Assembly: GCA_934621605.1 (NCBI GenBank) | Contig: CAKTUZ010000005.1 | Location: forward strand, 10,862-74,861 | Direction of reading: 5' to 3' | Length of the DNA stretch: 64,000 bases | Origin: an uncultured bacterium | GTDB taxonomy: Bacteria > Vulcanimicrobiota > Xenobia > Xenobiales > Xenobiaceae | Shown: positions 62,701 to 64,000 of the stretch, piece after piece | Numbering within the stretch: position 1 is the first letter of the stretch | Layout of the letters: every line of letters starts with the position of its first letter | The notes under the pieces: model-generated | Told to the model about the DNA's origin: nothing | Database searches by the model: none | What the model saw: the letters and a program-made list of their open reading frames with translations, nothing else | Program-made: the position numbers and the translations under genes

Positions 62701-63024
62701 GTTTTTACAACGCTCTCCTCTTTGGATCTTTTATGCAACTTTAAGCTCAAAAAAATAACAGCATTTTTGGTAAAGTTGCGATGTAGACAATTTTTTTTGC
62801 TTATATCATCTTTTTCTTGATACTAACTATTAAAGCTTTTCTTTTTTATGTTGGTTCCCTTTTAGCAAAATGTTGATTCTTGGTACTGAATGTACAGTTA
62901 CTTAACCGACTTGGGAATTACTGGGGCGGGAAAATCTTCTTGTTCTCTAGAAAAAAACAAACGGTGGGTATATAAAAATTGTTGTAGTGTTAACATTTTT
63001 AGAAAAAAAGGAAGAATATACATA

Positions 63025-64000
63025 GTGAGCCTTTTTCATTCGCGTCATCAAGCTTTAGCTAAAGCATTCGCGCCTTATAGTGCCCTTTTGAGCAGCGGCT
63101 TCGAACAGTGTCGCAATTATCCTGACAACACCTATCCCTTCCGACCGGCTAGTCATTTTCTTTATTTTGCTGGTTGGGCCGCGCCGGGCAGCTATTTTCT
63201 GCTTCACGAAGGTCAAGCCCATCTATTTTTGCCTCCCTACACTCTAGACGATATTATTTGGAGCGGTCCCGGCCAAAATCCTCGGGAAGCTGCAGTTCGC
63301 AGCGGTTGCCAGGTCCACTGTACTGATGAACTGGAAGCTTTTTTAGCTAATATCGATAATGATAAGTTGGCTGCTTTGCCTCTGCCTGCCGAAGGACAGA
63401 ATTTAGCTTTTGAGTCGCTTTTAGGGCGCATCCCCAGTTTAGATCATGAGTTGGATCGTAAATTGGCTAAAGCTGTGATTAATTTGCGCTTACAAGCCGA
63501 TACGGCCGCTCAACAAGAACTGCGTGACGCCTGTCAGCTGACTGTGCAGGCTCATTTGGCCGGTTTACGTGCCTTACCTAAAGCCAAAAATGAATATGAT
63601 ATTGCTGCTGCTATGTTGCAAGTAGTCAATCAAGCTGGAGGTGCGCTCTCTTTTAATCCTATTATTAGCACTTCCGGTGAGCGATTGCACCAAGTTAAAC
63701 TGGGGAACGATTTGGCGGCCAATCGTTTACTTTTAGTCGATTTCGGCGCTGAAAATAAAAACGGCTGGGCAGGCGATATTACCAATACCTGGCCGGTCAG
63801 CGGTCGTTATACTCCCGTACAGGCGCAAATTTACAATATTGTTCTGGCTGCTCACCGTCGCTGTGTCGGAGCTCTCCAAGTCGGAGTTGATTATGCTGAT
63901 ATTCATCGTTTGGCTTTGGAAACTTTTGCTGAGGGACTGTCCGATTATGGTCTTTTGCAAGGTGGAACCGTTCAGGAATATCTTGATAAAAATGTACTCT
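63025..64000 (+). CDS. M24-family Xaa-Pro aminopeptidase (gene runs off the right edge)
   Basis: Absent from the ORF track because there is no in-window stop. GTG at 63025 follows AAAGGAAG. YPFRPASHFLYFAG N-terminal domain and the LLLVDFGAE...GWAGDITNTWPVSG metal-site context. Confidence 0.7.
   Translation, partial: MSLFHSRHQALAKAFAPYSALLSSGFEQCRNYPDNTYPFRPASHFLYFAGWAAPGSYFLLHEGQAHLFLPPYTLDDIIWSGPGQNPREAAVRSGCQVHCTDELEAFLANIDNDKLAALPLPAEGQNLAFESLLGRIPSLDHELDRKLAKAVINLRLQADTAAQQELRDACQLTVQAHLAGLRALPKAKNEYDIAAAMLQVVNQAGGALSFNPIISTSGERLHQVKLGNDLAANRLLLVDFGAENKNGWAGDITNTWPVSGRYTPVQAQIYNIVLAAHRRCVGALQVGVDYADIHRLALETFAEGLSDYGLLQGGTVQEYLDKNVL

Noticed and set aside
1-64000. Looked for CRISPR arrays, IS elements, transposases, integrases, prophage genes, and rRNA or tRNA genes.
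   Set aside because: I could read no regularly spaced direct repeats, no DDE or tyrosine/serine recombinase motifs, and no rRNA or tRNA signatures on either strand. The two AT-rich cassettes lack identifiable mobility genes or flanking repeats.

Overview
This is a 64-kb bacterial chromosomal segment, densely coding and of moderate GC, from a lineage I cannot name from sequence alone. MlaD, AMIN-domain, lipobox and type II secretion pseudopilin proteins suggest a diderm cell envelope. The backbone is housekeeping: tlyA, a glucose-family PTS (EIICB plus an EIIA-HPr-EI fusion), gdhA, hisS, ugd, ispF, dnaK, an RluA-type pseudouridine synthase, an OPT transporter and an M24 aminopeptidase. I found no rRNA, tRNA, CRISPR array, transposase or integrase. 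Several accessory modules interrupt the backbone. (1) The strongest candidate for a new system is a 30-aa ORF at 47245-47337(-) that the ORF track misses. It has a strong RBS and is translationally coupled through a GTGA junction to a radical SAM/SPASM enzyme at 46142-47248(-), giving a RiPP-like precursor and maturase pair. An AI-2E-family permease lies just upstream. (2) Four paralogous lipoprotein genes sit in tandem at 39143-46071(+), directly after a GspC-like/GspI-J-K-like pseudopilin cluster and a STAS + SpoIIE/RsbW-fusion partner-switching pair. (3) At the left edge, a reverse-strand cluster encodes an SPL-like radical SAM protein, an ATP-grasp ligase and an MFS transporter, preceded by a DsrE-like/GT2/methyltransferase operon. 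(4) A visibly AT-rich type II restriction-modification cassette is wedged next to hisS. (5) A TerB-RluA-crotonase-type III PKS operon lies upstream of dnaK. (6) An AT-rich pair of coupled small genes follows dnaK. Candidate cis-regulatory RNA structures include a 12-bp hairpin that sequesters the SD and start codon of the PTS fusion gene, and a roughly 200-nt structured leader before a small secreted protein. All functional calls rest on motifs read by eye. No database search was run.
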